Assembly (NCBI GenBank): GCA_951406725.2
Contig: OX597818.1
Span: 139,562,001 to 139,626,000, forward strand
Length of the DNA stretch: 64,000 nucleotides
Direction: 5' to 3'
Origin: Octopus vulgaris
Taxonomy: Eukaryota
Both the position numbers and the translations under genes were made by a program. Below are positions 1 through 14,145 of the stretch, one piece after another. The notes beneath the pieces were generated by a model that saw only the letters and a program-made list of their open reading frames with translations, was not told the DNA's origin and made no database searches. The first letter of the stretch is position 1; each line of letters begins with the position of its first letter.

Positions 1-206
1 TTTGGTGACAGATAAATATCATTTAATGTACACAGTAATAAAGATTCGAGCTTCTAATAGTTTGCTGCTGTGAAGAGGTGAGTCCATGCGTGTTGTAAAA
101 TCCTGCACCGAGACATGTTACAAAAACCTGTCAAAACACGTGTCTTCACAGCAAGATTTTATCAGTGGCTCGTATCTTTATACTATGTACATCAAATGAG
201 ACACAC

Positions 207-251
<45 letters not shown>

Positions 252-297
252 TATAAAATCATAAATAATATATATTATATATATATATAAAATAAAC

Positions 298-338
<41 letters not shown>

Positions 339-433
339 AAATGACTAACCCCAAACAACAAAATATGCTTCGACGCACGAATTCACATAAAGAATATTGC
401 AAACCAAATACAAAACAAAATATATATGCGTGA

Positions 434-578
<145 letters not shown>

Positions 579-1259
579 GGTTGTGTGTTTTAAGAAGTGT
601 GCTTCTCGACTACATGGCTCCCGGTTCATGTACGGCTACTTGGGCAAGTGTCGACGTGCAGAAATTTAAGCAAGTGTCTTCTACTATATAGGTATAAAAA
701 ATAAAAGGAAAATACTCAGATTAGGCAAACCACTATTAACACATATGTGTGCGGATTTGACCAAGATAGAATTCGTCCAAAAGTATAAAATATGGTAATA
801 TATCGAACATAGAAACGTATATGAATATTAAAATATATATATATAAAAGTTCCTAAGTTTTGAGCTATATACCGTTGTATTTTGAACTGTTATACATCTT
901 TTGCTGTTTTCTTTATCTCTTAGACACATTGACTGCTTTAGCAGGTTCATTTCTTGTACGAAATCCCTTTTTTTATGGGCGAATTATTTTCCTTTGTGGA
1001 AAATTTTTTCACACAGTCAGTACTATATGGAAGTTGGCGTCTCCCAATGTGGAACTTCAGATTGCATCTTGAAGGATTTGTACGAACAAATGTTACCCTC
1101 CCTACCGTTTTGCCAGACGAAGAAAGAGAAAGACATGCCAGATAATGATAAAACCGAATTGAAACACATATTGGTAATGGACAAATGAACTACACGTCCG
1201 TGGCCGGCGTCACTAGCAAAACAGTATAAGTCAGCACGGTGAGACCTAAAAATAAATAA

Positions 1260-1550
1260 AAGTTTATTGAAGAGGGAAGGAGCGAACAGGACCAATTTGA
1301 CACAACATCAGGTACGTAAATAGAGAAAGGCGTTTCGGCAGAGTAGAAGTGAGATTCGCTTCCGAAGATGAGGCAAAGGAACACTCTATGTTTCCCTCAT
1401 AGTCAGCAGATCTGGTGTTACCGCCGACTGGCCTTGGAATGCGAACATCGAAAATAAAGATAGGGGAAGTCCCATCAGAAATCGATACGGTGCAGCTGGT
1501 GGCAGCCGCACTGCTCAATCTGGAGGATAGAGTTCCTATCCTTCAGGCCA
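1260..1550 (+). pseudogene. Decayed LINE ORF1-like (RRM-type gag-like) fragment
   Basis: Interrupted frame reads RFGRVEVRFASEDEAKEHS..*..LGMRTSKIKIGEVPSEIDTVQLVAAAL, resembling the RRM-like region of L1/Tx1-type ORF1 proteins; contains a stop codon. By-eye similarity only. Confidence 0.35.
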
Positions 1551-1593
1551 CCAGGCTCCACCAGGCTCCACCAGGCTCCACCAAGCTCCACCA
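1549..1593 (+). repeat. 10-bp tandem repeat (CCACCAGGCT) x~4.5
   Basis: ccaccaggct ccaccaggct ccaccaggct ccaccaagct ccacc. Confidence 0.9.
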
Positions 1594-1769
1594 ACAGAAC
1601 TGAAGGGGCAATGTCTGGAGATAATAATCCAGGTCACTCAGAGGGACTTGGGAAAAACACCAGAGCGAACAATACTTCCGGACGAGACCACACTAAGAGT
1701 CGTGGTAGAGGAAAGAGGTCGAAAGGCGGTGTGCATGGTGTACATGGCCGCTGTCAAATGACTGAAACA

Positions 1770-2345
<576 letters not shown>

Positions 2346-2829
2346 TAAAAGAAATACCTATGTATATATCATATAAAAAAGACATTGAATAATTTAATGT
2401 AATATTTCACTTTTCTCGGGTCATCCTTGTCATTATTTGCAAGAATAAAACAGCGTCTTTCGTTAGAAATGACATGCAAGAGGCAATATTTATATAAGAT
2501 TATATCAATGACAAGTACAAAAACTCTGACATTTCAGGTCCAACGGCATAAATACGAAAATAAGAATTTTCTACCGAGCACTTCACATTGCAAATAACAG
2601 TTTCATGTGACCTTTTCGGAGATTAGCGTCTTGAAAAAACTGAAGTAGTGAAATATTCAGTCAATGGCATTTCATCAGTGTGTCTAGCATAGTTGTATAT
2701 TCTGTATGTATTAAACTGTGTCGTTGATAAACTTTCCTTTACTCAGCTGCAAGTGGTTTACTATCGCTGAACCAGAAGAACTTACAAGGAAACGCTTCTT
2801 TCATTTTATTTCAAATCATATTATACTTT

Positions 2830-3066
2830 ATAGTATGCATATATGTATGTTATGTATGTATGTATGTATGTATGTATGTATGTATGTATGTATGTATGTA
2901 TGTATGTATATGCATATATACATATATGTATAAATATGTATATATATATGTGTATATATATGTGTGCATATATGTATGTATATATATATGTATGTATATA
3001 TATATGTACATATATATGTATATATATGTATACATATATATATATATATGTGCATGCATATATATG

Positions 3067-3132
<66 letters not shown>

Positions 3133-3155
3133 AACATACATACATACATACATAT
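2830..3155. repeat. (TATG)n/(TA)n compound microsatellite
   Basis: Direct reading. Confidence 0.95.
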
Positions 3156-3376
3156 AATAAGCAAATCAAGAATAAAAACGAACACAACAAAAGTCAAAGG
3201 ACGTGCAACAGTGAATGTATTAGGTTGACGCTCTATTTACGATGGAAAAAAGAGTAGAAGGTGACATTTCGGGCATGGCTCTTCGTCATTAAGAGGAAAG
3301 GGAAACGGTGCGGCGAGAAGGAAAAGAATATTTCGAGGAGAACTCGTGTGTGTTTGCACGACTGAAATGACGGGAA

Positions 3377-3455
<79 letters not shown>

Positions 3456-4156
3456 GCATACAAACGCATACGCACATATATGTACAAGTTTAAGAAACTA
3501 AACAGAAACTCAGGCAGAACGAACAAAAAGCCACACACGACATGGACATGCTGTTTCCTCGTCAGTTGTCGTCCCCACCCAAAAAAAATCATTACACTTT
3601 CAAACCTGTAATGTTAATATTGTTCATTTTTGGTGATGTCAACAGCGATACGCGGCAGGGAATAATAAGTGATCCTTGCTGACACTGGTGAAAACAAATA
3701 CGTATACAACACAAGTAAAATATAGATATACAAACAACGTAAATTATTGTCTATATAAACAAAATAAAGGCCATATCGTTCTAAGACAAGACATTTGTAT
3801 AAGTAACACAATGGAAAATGTGCTATAGAACTTTAAAGATGAAAATGTAGAAAGAAAAAGGAAAAGGGGAACAGTGAAAGATGAACGCGAAAGCCCGAGA
3901 GATGCATATCTGGACAAATCAGCGATTAGGTGAAAAATGAAAATTGAAAAGAGAAATGGGAGGGTCACGTGTCACGTGTTAGAGGGAGGAGAGAAAAAGT
4001 GGTGGTGTGCAGAGTGAGAAGAAGAGAGAGAGAGGGGGTAAAGTGATGAGAGAGGGAAGGAGAGAAAGGAAGAAAAAAGAGAAAAGAAAGAGTCGTCGTC
4101 TCATATATTTCTACTATATAGGGTGACAAAGAGAAAATAAGTATGTAGCGTTACAA

Positions 4157-4388
4157 GGCGGCGAGCTAGCAGAATCGTTAGCACGTCGGGCGAAATGCTT
4201 AGCGGTATTTCGGCTGCCGTTACGTTGTGAGTTCAAATTCCGCCGAGGTCGACTTTGCCTTTCATCCTTTCGGGGTCGATAAATTAAGTACCAGTTAAGC
4301 ACTGGGGTCGATATAATTGACTTAATACCTATGTCTGTCCATGTTTGTCTCCTCTGTGTTTAGCCCCTTGTGGGTAATAAAGAAATAG
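4157..4388 (+). mobile_element. SINE family A (tRNA-like head; central ccttttcatcctttcggggtcgataaa-type domain, Meta-SINE-like), full length
   Basis: GGCGGCGAGCTAGCAGAATCGTTAGC head, GAGTTCAAATTCC B-box; 15-bp TSD GTATGTAGCGTTACA at 4141-4155 and 4389-4403. Confidence 0.92.
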
Positions 4389-4953
4389 GTATGTAGCGTT
4401 ACATTCAATGATAAGTTTCGAAATTTAAACAGAAGCGCGACAAACAACGACAAGAATATTTACGTAGAAGACATAAGCATTCGCTTTCTTCGTCAGTTAT
4501 CGTTCAAAGAATCATTACAATTTCACACCTTTAATAAACATATAATTCCGACGACCTAATGTACACGAACAGACTTAATACGATTGGACGCAATGCATAT
4601 TTCATTCTACGCTGTTTCGTCCATTTTGTATTTTATCTCTATCTATCCACATACACACATTTATGTACATACGCAATCTTTTTCTTTTAACTGTTACTTA
4701 TTTTATTCATTTGACTGCGGCCGTGCTGGGACGACCCTTTGAAGGGTTTTAGTTGAACAAATCGACCTAAGGACGTCATTTTTAAAGCCTAGTACTTATT
4801 CTATCGGTCTCTTTTGTTGGTGTGAAGCGGTCTCTTTTGTCAGTTGTGAAGCGGTAGTGGAGGCAAACACGGACACAACCAGAAACACATACTCACACAC
4901 AGACACACACACACACACAGGTACACACAGGTACACACAGACAGACACACACA

Positions 4954-4982
<29 letters not shown>

Positions 4983-4990
<8 letters not shown>

Positions 4991-5385
4991 ACTTGTTTCA
5001 GTCATTTGACTGCGGCCATGCTGGAGCACCGCCTTTAGTCGAGCAACTCGACCCCAGGACTTATTCTTTTTTGTAAGCCTAGTACTTATTCTATCGGTCT
5101 CTTTTGTCGAACCGCTAAGTAACGGGGACGTAAACACACCAGCATCGGTTGTCAAGCAATGCTAGGGGGACAAACACAGACACACAAACAACCACACACA
5201 CACTTACATATATATACACATATACGACAGGCTTCTTTCAGTTTCCGTCTACCAAATCCACTCACAAGGCATTGGTCGGCCCGAGGCTATAGCAGAAGAC
5301 ACTTGCCCAAGGTGCCACGCAGTGGGACTGAACCCGGAACCATGTGGTTCGTAAGCAAGCTACTTACCACACAGCCACTCCTACG

Positions 5386-5388
<3 letters not shown>
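4983..5388 (-). mobile_element. SINE family C (CORE-type), full length
   Basis: Reverse complement of the ggcgtaggagtggctgtgtggtaag...cagtcaaatgactgaaacaagtaaaagag consensus. Older partial copies flank it at ~4685-4880 and ~5440-5600. Confidence 0.92.
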
Positions 5389-5442
<54 letters not shown>

Positions 5443-6289
5443 CGAAGAGTTTCTTTCAGTTTCCGCCTACCAAAATCCACTGACAAGGCTTTGGTCGCCC
5501 CAAAGCTTTAGTAGAAGACACTTGCACAAAGTGCCATGCAGTGGGACTGAAACCGGGACCATGTGGTTGGGAAGGAAGCAGCTCACAACAGAGCCCGCCT
5601 GCAGATATATACGTATGTATGTATCCATGTATATAGTCTGTATGTATGTATGTATGTATGTATGTATGTATGTATGTATGTATGTATGTATGTATGTATG
5701 TATGTATATACATGAGCGTGTGTTTGTGTGTACAGATAGGTAGGTAGATCTATGCTTTTATTACACACGCTCCCAATACGGGTGTCTTTGCGCAGCCCAT
5801 GTCTGTATTAGAGTTCTTTGTTGCTTGATCTTTAGTTCGAACTTAAACTGATATTACTAAAGATGTAGTCGAAAGCTGACGTCCAGTGAGCAAACAGTTG
5901 AATTTATTTCAAAAGGCAGCTTCAATTCTTCCGAGATAGACCTGTTGCACTATTACAGTTAGAGCGTCGGATAATTCACATCGAACGCCATTAAGATAAA
6001 TCACGTGCAGGTGTCCAAGCGAATGCTGAAAATCTACTCGATGTCGAGTGATAGACGATGGCAAAGTCAGCTATATAATTGCTCGCGAGAATATAATGTT
6101 GACAGAGACCATAATGAATTGCCAGCGAAAAGTTGTTCCGGTTTTATTAGGCTCCGACTAAATGGATTGAAATGAAAGTCAACAAGGTTTCTATATATGG
6201 AAAGCTGCTGTATTCATTTAGCCAAGCACATTAATCTGTATTGATGGTTGATTATTGAATGTTCATATTTCCTTCGCAGACACACACAC

Positions 6290-6305
6290 AAAATACATAT
6301 ACGTA

Positions 6306-6368
<63 letters not shown>

Positions 6369-6413
6369 GCATACATATATATGTATGTATACATACATAT
6401 GCGCATACACACC

Positions 6414-6470
<57 letters not shown>

Positions 6471-6989
6471 ATGTGTGTGTGTGTATGACATATGAGTGTG
6501 TTTTTGGGGATATTTTTATGTTTTAATGTTATTATATCTCCAAATCAAATTATATTTTGCTATTAGGTATACTGAATGAATTTGTGAAAGTCGGTATATA
6601 TATATATTATTTTTTTTTTTTTTCAAAATAATGTTTTAGAAATGGCGTAAAAAATAAAACTAAAAGCAAAACATTCTCCGAGAATGACGGAAAGGACAGC
6701 GTACAATATCATTAACATGTTGTTTAGTAACAGTAATAAGTATGAAGGACAATATTACATACACACATATACATACATGCATATATACATACATACATAC
6801 ATATATACATATATACATACATACATACATACACATATATATATATACATACACATCATTTATGTATACATACACACATATTCACACATAATTGGATGTA
6901 TATATATATGTATATATATATATGCATATATGTAATTATATACATATCTGTCTATCTATTCATCTATCAATGTACATGTGTATATAATG

Positions 6990-7027
<38 letters not shown>

Positions 7028-7095
7028 CAAATACATATATACTTACATATATGTGTGCGTATATATATATATATACATGTACGTATATATCTATA

Positions 7096-7147
<52 letters not shown>

Positions 7148-7480
7148 TATATATACGCACTAGATGGAAATGTATAACTGCTGCTACTAAATTAAGGATA
7201 TTTTTTTTATTTATATACATATATTCTCTTAATATTTTTTATTTTGTTAACTGCCCAAAGGTATGTATGTATATATATATGTATTTATGATTTATATCTA
7301 TATACATATCTATCTGTCCACATATATATACATATACATACATATACATACATACACACACATATATATATATATATACACATATATATGTGTATATGTG
7401 TATACATATATATATATATATATATATATGCATATATATGTATGTTTGTATGCCTACATACATATAATGGGCATACACAT
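6290..7480. repeat. Extended (TA)n/(CATA)n low-complexity tracts
   Basis: Direct reading; several tracts separated by short unique spacers. Confidence 0.9.
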
Positions 7481-8241
7481 ACAGGCATGCTTTCAATAAG
7501 CGTAGATATTTGCAATGTAAACGCGTGAAAAGATGCGTTAAGACTCTTTCTCTCTCTCGTCAACTCGCGTGACTACAATTACATGCCTTAATAACAGTTG
7601 GGTTTTATTGCCAAATATAACAAACGACGATGATGGTATTATTGAATTATTTAGCAAAGTCACTGATGAATTTCAGTTTCATTTCCTTCTAGTTGATATT
7701 AATTATATTTCGACATTGTCCAAGACACTGACGCTCATTTACAGTGCTACATTGCTTGAACTATAGAAATGTATCATAAATTATATATTAAATATCAGAA
7801 TATATTTTAAAATAGATTGTTAGATACTAGTAAACATCGTAAAGTAAGAAATAAATTCTTAGCGGATCGAATCACTGTGAGTCTCTTTTATTGTCGTTTG
7901 GAACTAGTTTGCATTAGTAACGTCAGTGAGATTGACAGAATCGTCATAAAATACTCATTTCTTACCAATCCTGAAATATTGAGCTGAGTTGAAAGCAATA
8001 ACGGTTTTAATTAGATTGATCATATAATGTGAGAGCCAAGATTTATGCATTTTCAGGCTGTATAATCCTCATGTTAGGTCATACGTTTATAGGATTAGAA
8101 ACACATTATAGTGTCTAGGAGCTTTACAAATTAGTCACATGAGACTCAATATGCGATTAGATGCATTTCTCTTTCACTTACTAACTATGCCGCTCATTTG
8201 AGAGACTCTTTGCTATACATGCGTCCATGTTATAATAAGAT

Positions 8242-8463
8242 CTGGTAGAATCGTTAGCACGCCGGGCGAAATGCGTAGCAGTATTTCGCCTGCTGTTACG
8301 TTCTGAGTTCAAATTCCGCCGAGGTCGACTTTGCCTTTCATCCTTTCGGGGTCGATAAATAAAGTACCATCTACGCACTGGGGTCGATGTAATCGACTTA
8401 ATCCCTTTGTCTGTCTTTGTTTGTCCCCTCTATGTTTAGCCCCTTGTGGGCAATAAAGAAATA
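8242..8463 (+). mobile_element. SINE family A, slightly 5'-truncated
   Basis: Matches the 4157 copy; TSD TATAATAAGA at 8231-8240 and 8464-8473. Confidence 0.9.
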
Positions 8464-8568
8464 TATAATAAGAACCGGAGGTTAAAATAGAGGTCTCTTT
8501 TGTACAGAATGGAAGAGAAAAGCACTCTATTTTCACCTGGTCTGCCGGTTTAACATGTGTGGCTAACC

Positions 8569-9253
8569 CAGTGGTTCCCATTGTGCAGCATACACCCCAA
8601 CGGTTAGGCGTATGAAAGAAGGTGGCGGCGTATGCAGAAGGTTTTCTTTGAAGTGGTTCACTTTGTTTTCTTAGTCAGTAAGGTACTTTTTTGTACTCAG
8701 TACATAATAAAATAGTTACCTACAGATTCTTTTGTATTATATATTGTGAAATAATATTAGTGGAGGCGCAATGGCCCAGTGGTTAGGGAAGCGGACTCGC
8801 GGTCATAGGATCGCGGTTTCGATTCCCAGACCGGGCGTTGTGAGTGTTTATTGAGCGAAAACACCTAAAGCTCCACGAGGCTCCGGCAGGGGATGGTGGT
8901 GATCCCTGCTGTACTCTTTCACTACAACTTTCTCTCGCTCTTTCTTCCTGTTTCTGTTGTACCTGTATTTCAAAGGGCCGGCCTTGTCACTCTGTGTGTC
9001 ACGCTGAATATCCCCGAGTACCGCGTTAAGGGTACACGTGTCTGTGGAGTGCTCAGCCACTTACACGTTAATATCACAAGCAGGCTGTTCCGTTGATTCG
9101 GATCAACCGGAACCCTCGTCGTCGTAACCGACGGAGTGCTTCCAAGATATAATATTAAAAATAAAGTAGTTCTTTTGCCACTCATCGCTTGGGTATATAT
9201 TTTTCTGGAAAGCTATAGCGGGACCTACGGGAAGATAAGGTTGGGAAACAGAG
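8569..9253. mobile_element. Old hAT (Charlie-like) non-autonomous DNA transposon, interrupted by a SINE
   Basis: Left end CAGTGGTTCCCA, right end TGGGAAACAGAG (degenerate TIR); flanking 8-mers GGCTAACC / GTCTAACA (6/8 identical) as a putative 8-bp TSD. Confidence 0.45.
8760..9145 (+). mobile_element. SINE family B (tRNA-derived head, probably tRNA-Arg-like), full length
   Basis: A-box TGGCCCAGTGG, B-box GGTTTCGATTCCC; five near-identical copies in the window; TSD ATAATATTA. Confidence 0.92.
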
Positions 9254-9602
9254 GTCTAACATGTTAAGTTGTATAGAAAAGTTAAGTAGAGAAATGAAGT
9301 AGTTGATAAGATTGACTGATAAACTGGCAGAAACAAAACCATTCTAAAGTTAACCTTTTCCCTGGTCCATCCTGTAGAGAGAGATAACCTGGGTCTGTTT
9401 GGAAACTTATGTGAAAAATACGATTCCTTAGTGTTTCGTGTGAAACTTAGTTTAAAATTTATCATTTCCTAAGGCTTTTAGTTTGTTTAGTACTATGCCT
9501 GAGAATATACTGAAGAACAAATGTATGGAATCTGCATGTTTCAGAAGTAGCCAATGAAATATGAAAGATGAAAGGTGCAGAAACAGCATATATGCACGCG
9601 TG

Positions 9603-9721
<119 letters not shown>

Positions 9722-10377
9722 ATTTAAACTAGAATTGGAGTAAATTGATACACCTTTCGTGATATTTCGCTGAACAAACGAACCTTTCAAAACGCTGCTT
9801 CAATTCTTCTGCGATAGACTTTTTTAAAGAGGAATTTTAATAATACAATGTCGTCGAAGAAAGAAGAATTAGAAAGTGTGTGTGTGTTTGTACGTATGCT
9901 TGTGTGTGTGTAAAAGAAGGAGAGAGAGAAAGAGAGAGAACGAGAGTTTGAGACAGAGAGAGAGAGAGAGATAGGTAGAGAGAGATACAGAGAGACAGAG
10001 ACAGAGAGAGAGAGTGATAGTTAGTGAGTTAGCAAGTTAGTTTGAAACAAGAAGAGACGAGGAAAGCTTTAGCAGTTATCAGTCTTTCACCATCTCTATA
10101 CAGAAATACTCTTTGTTTTATCCGAAGGTAACATTGGAGCAGCGATGTTTTTCTTTGTGTAATCTCTGTGCAATGATTTTGGACTTGCGTGCAGATTTTG
10201 CAAAGTCTTAGTTCAAAAATGGTGACGTTGCTTTTGAATACAAATTCGACACGCGCGTGCACACACACACAGACACACACACACACATTTAACTGTACAT
10301 GCGGATGGAGTAAGCACCTTCAATTTGAAACTTATTTCAAGGAAAATTGATTTAGTACTAACAGAAAAAAATAACAG

Positions 10378-10457
<80 letters not shown>

Positions 10458-10459
<2 letters not shown>

Positions 10460-10648
10460 CAAAAACACCAGGACTTACAAACACATATAACATACAGAAA
10501 ATCGCACTACTAGGCACTGCACACATCCTACGCAGAACACTTTCCATACAATAACCATCAGAGCATCACAACAAATCACAGCACATACCCAAGGCACACA
10601 GAGCTGCGCTCGGTAGTGAAGTGAAAGCACGCTATAAAAATAAAACTA

Positions 10649-10652
<4 letters not shown>
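10458..10652 (+). mobile_element. 3' end of R4/Dong-type non-LTR retrotransposon inserted in (AAT)n
   Basis: Encodes KTPGLTNTYNIQKIALLGTAHILRRTLSIQ*, a typical R4/Dong ORF C-terminus, plus a 3'UTR; pure (AAT)n on both sides. Confidence 0.8.
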
Positions 10653-10709
<57 letters not shown>

Positions 10710-11049
10710 GCTGATGATATGTGCATCTCTAGTCACGAGTAGAAGTAGTGGGGAAGCATCATAGCCATGTGTTGAGAAGAATTCTTTGGGGTTTGGATAA
10801 CTCATCTTTGGAAACATGGGTGTTTCGCTACTCGACCTGAAGAAAATTCTAACTGGGCTCCACCTGTAAGGTCAGGCTCTGTTTATCTTGATATGAAATC
10901 ACCATGTCGCGCACATATGACTGTGAGGCATGTATATGTCTGGTGTACCCTTATCAGCAAGGTAGTCATGATGGATATACTGGGTTTCGTATATTTACCC
11001 CAGTGTCACTTTGATGGCATGCACTGCTCTCTCATTCAATTATAATAAT

Positions 11050-11220
11050 AAACACCAGGATTTACGACTATATATAACATATAGAAAATAGCACTTCTAG
11101 GCACCCCGCGCATCCTACGTAAAGCACTTTCAATAGATAGAAAATAAAAACACAAGAAGCAACTGCACATATCCAAGGCACACAGAACTGCGCTCGGTAG
11201 TGCAATGAACGCTTGTGATG
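11050..11220 (+). mobile_element. Second, diverged R4/Dong-type 3' end
   Basis: Homologous to 10458-10652 (ccaaggcacacaga.ctgcgctcggtagtg). Confidence 0.8.
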
Positions 11221-11226
11221 AAAAAT

Positions 11227-11426
11227 AATGATTATGTGTGCAAGACAATTCAGGTTGTTACATCTATTTTTTTCTTTTACTGGGGTATACACTGCTTAAA
11301 TAGCAATCTTGAGCAATTAGGGTTCTCAAAACCAGAAATGAGAAATCTAATCCGAAGACTACAGATACAATCCATCACTGGAACTGTAAAAATCTGTGAA
11401 ACTTTCCCGAAGTTTGTCATTTTAAT
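11227..11426 (+). repeat. 200-bp inverted duplicate of 17195-17394, including the 3' end of a REL-endonuclease non-LTR ORF
   Basis: About 2 mismatches to the reverse complement of 17195-17394; encodes LEQLGFSKPEMRNLIRRLQIQSITGTVKICETF. Confidence 0.92.
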
Positions 11427-11479
11427 GAACGCATGGAAGACTACTGAATAATAATAATTATAGTAATTAAATTAAATTA

Positions 11480-11845
11480 ACCTGTTAAGTCCTCTGGGAT
11501 TTCCCAATCCAAACGGACCAGGTACTTGAGTGTAACAAATTGCACGTAGTGGTGGAGAAGGTGACTCATATGTGCTCTATAATGGATGTTGGCTGCTTAT
11601 TTGATCCACGAATAAACAATGAAGGCTATAAAATGGACATATATAACCCCCTTAAATACGAGATAGCTCGACTGTAGAAAATGAAGAAGGTGAAGGAAGA
11701 GTCAATCATTGTTGCGTCCTTGGGACAATATCAGAAAATATCAAAAGGAATACTAAAAAATGGGAATGGAATGACCAGTAGAACTGTTTCAAAATGTTTT
11801 CCACCTTGTTGGCACGGCCAGAATCACCAGGAAAGTCTTAGATAG
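11480..11845 (+). pseudogene. R4/Dong-clade REL endonuclease fragment (decayed)
   Basis: LWDFPIQTDQVLECNK...IMDVGCLFD...YNPLKYEIARL*KMKKV...IIVASLG, with frameshifts and stops. Confidence 0.75.
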
Positions 11846-11879
11846 TTGAAAAGAATTGATATCATAGTACAGTGGGCTG

Positions 11880-12338
11880 CAAATAGCAAGCCCGCTATGT
11901 ATGCAAAACTCAAGGATACCAAAGCGACAAATGTAGAATGTGTGGTGAGAGGTGTGAAACGGTATGGCACATTGTTGGGTGAATGCTCGAAATTAGCACA
12001 ACTCTATTACAAAAGACGATATGAAAATGTGGCAGGACATCCATTGGGAACTCTGTGGAAGTTACGGCCAACAAAGAGGAAAAACGTGGTTTGAACAAAT
12101 CCCTGAAGGAGTTACTGAGAATGAAGCCTGCAAAATCTTGTGGGATGCAATGATACAGAGTCACCATCCTATCAGATATCGGAAACTTGACACTGTTGTG
12201 GTGAAAACAAAAACGAAAAACTTGCATGATACTCGACGTAGCATGTCCCTCTGACAACGGGATCAAAGAGAAAGAAGAAGAAAAAATGAATTATCATGAC
12301 GATTTGAAATAGGAAATACGCAGGTTGTGGGCAATGAA
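11880..12338 (+). pseudogene. R4/Dong-clade CCHC zinc finger + REL endonuclease fragment (decayed)
   Basis: CRMCGERCETVWHIVGECSKLAQ..YKRR..NVA..IHWELC...ENEACKILWD..IQ......RKLD.VVV...MILDVACP.D..IKEKEEEK...DLK*EIRRLW across frameshifts. Confidence 0.85.
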
Positions 12339-14145
12339 GAGAGAGAGAGAGAGAGGGGAGAGAATGAGTGAGAGAGAGAGAGGGGGGAGAGTGAGAGAGA
12401 GAGAGAGAGAGAGATTCCAATGCATATCTGGGTGAGATTCATCAATAAAGGCGTTTAGACATTAGTGTTATATCTACAGATATGGATGCCTCTGTAGCTG
12501 ATTCGATCTTCAGCGATGGGAATTTGAAGCTGACAGTGTATCATGTTATCGATTCCTCCATTGCGATATAGTCAATGTGAAGCAGACTCCTTAAGAGTTA
12601 TCTGAAACTAGGTGCCAAAAGTCAACATTACTATCACGTTTCAATATTAATTATATAAAGCCATAGAAAAAAAAAGTCATACTTTGCAGCTAAGATTCCT
12701 ATAATTATATTCACGATCTGACTCAGTTAAAGATATAGTTAGAAATATGTGCACTCGTGTAGTGTACGCTGACTATACATATATCCATACACATACACAT
12801 ACAAGTATTGGTATTGCACGCAACATACAGAGTTAAAGACATTTGATAAGTTTACATAATATACGTGTGAATACTACTAAGCGAAAGCAGAAAGGTGGAA
12901 CTGCAGTGACAGAAATATTCAGTTAAATATGAAACCCTACTCAAGTACGTACGCAATATTAAAAGCAACATTCGTACCCACATAATCATACGTACGTGTA
13001 CGCACTAATAGTAGAATGTATTAGTCATGGTTGTGTATGTATATGTGCATTTATAAATATATGTATATATGTATATATGGTTTGTATATACACACACACA
13101 CATATGCATGCGCATAATTCAAGTATGTTCGATGCACAAGGTTTGTTTAATTTGATATCCGATATTATAAATACCGCACTACAGATACGTGCATAGAAAC
13201 ATACATGCATACGTACACACACATGCATACATACATACATACATACATACATACAGACAGACAGACAAACAGACATAAATAGAGATATGTTCATGATGAT
13301 GTATAATACTATACAATATATGTATATATAAATACATGATTGTGTGTGTATGTATGTTTGCGAGCGTATGAAGATATTTGTGTATGCACGTTATGCGTGT
13401 GCGTGCGTGCGTGTGTGTGTTTGAATGAATGTGCTTAATGCTATGTGTAAATGCGTGTACAGATGTAGAGGAAAACCATTCTGTATTTCCTAAACGTTAC
13501 AATTACAGTTTGATGTAAAAACTTTGCTATTTTACAGGTGTTGACTTTTTGTATATAATTGAATCCGAAAACCACGTTTCAATGAAATATAAACTATGCA
13601 ACAATTTACCATATATGGTAAATTATTTAGTAGGTGTTTTTTTTTTTATTAATTTCATAACATTTCTATAAAGATTTTTCTTTATTCATTCATTTTTCAT
13701 CGATTTATTGTTCGAAAAGGTTCTGAAACTTCTCGTTCTAATTACATTATGAAATGGATTTACCGTTTTGTTCTACGTATATATGCATATTTCTACGTGC
13801 ACAAAATGCACACATACGCACGCACACATGAGCACATACATACACACACACACACACTCACATACACACACATATATACATATGCGTATATTCATATATA
13901 CATATACATTTATCTCTCTCTCCTTCTTTCTCTCTCCCTCTTTCTTTCTCAGTCTTTCTTTCTCTTGCCAGAACTTCATATAACAGTCAGAAGCAGATAT
14001 CAGAACATCATTGCAACAGAGAATCTACTGGTAATGTGTCCTACGTAAAGCTATGTTTCTCTCTACAACACACAGTCTATAGAAGACTAGTCAAATGGCT
14101 ACAGCATCGGCGCAAAAGCAAAAATAAGCAAAAAAAAAAAAAACA

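Noticed and set aside
5845-5882. Hammerhead-like CUGAUAU..ACUA/UAGU..GAAAGCUG
   Set aside because: Core positions 8-9 are wrong, G sits at the cleavage site and there is no stem I; compatible with chance.
8760-8835. tRNA gene
   Set aside because: The A/B boxes are followed by ~310 bp of conserved body, with TSDs and five copies: a SINE head, not a tRNA.
8844-9096. Recurrent ORFs MFIERKHLK.../MVVIPAVLF... as a gene family
   Set aside because: Incidental frames in SINE B; indels differ between copies.
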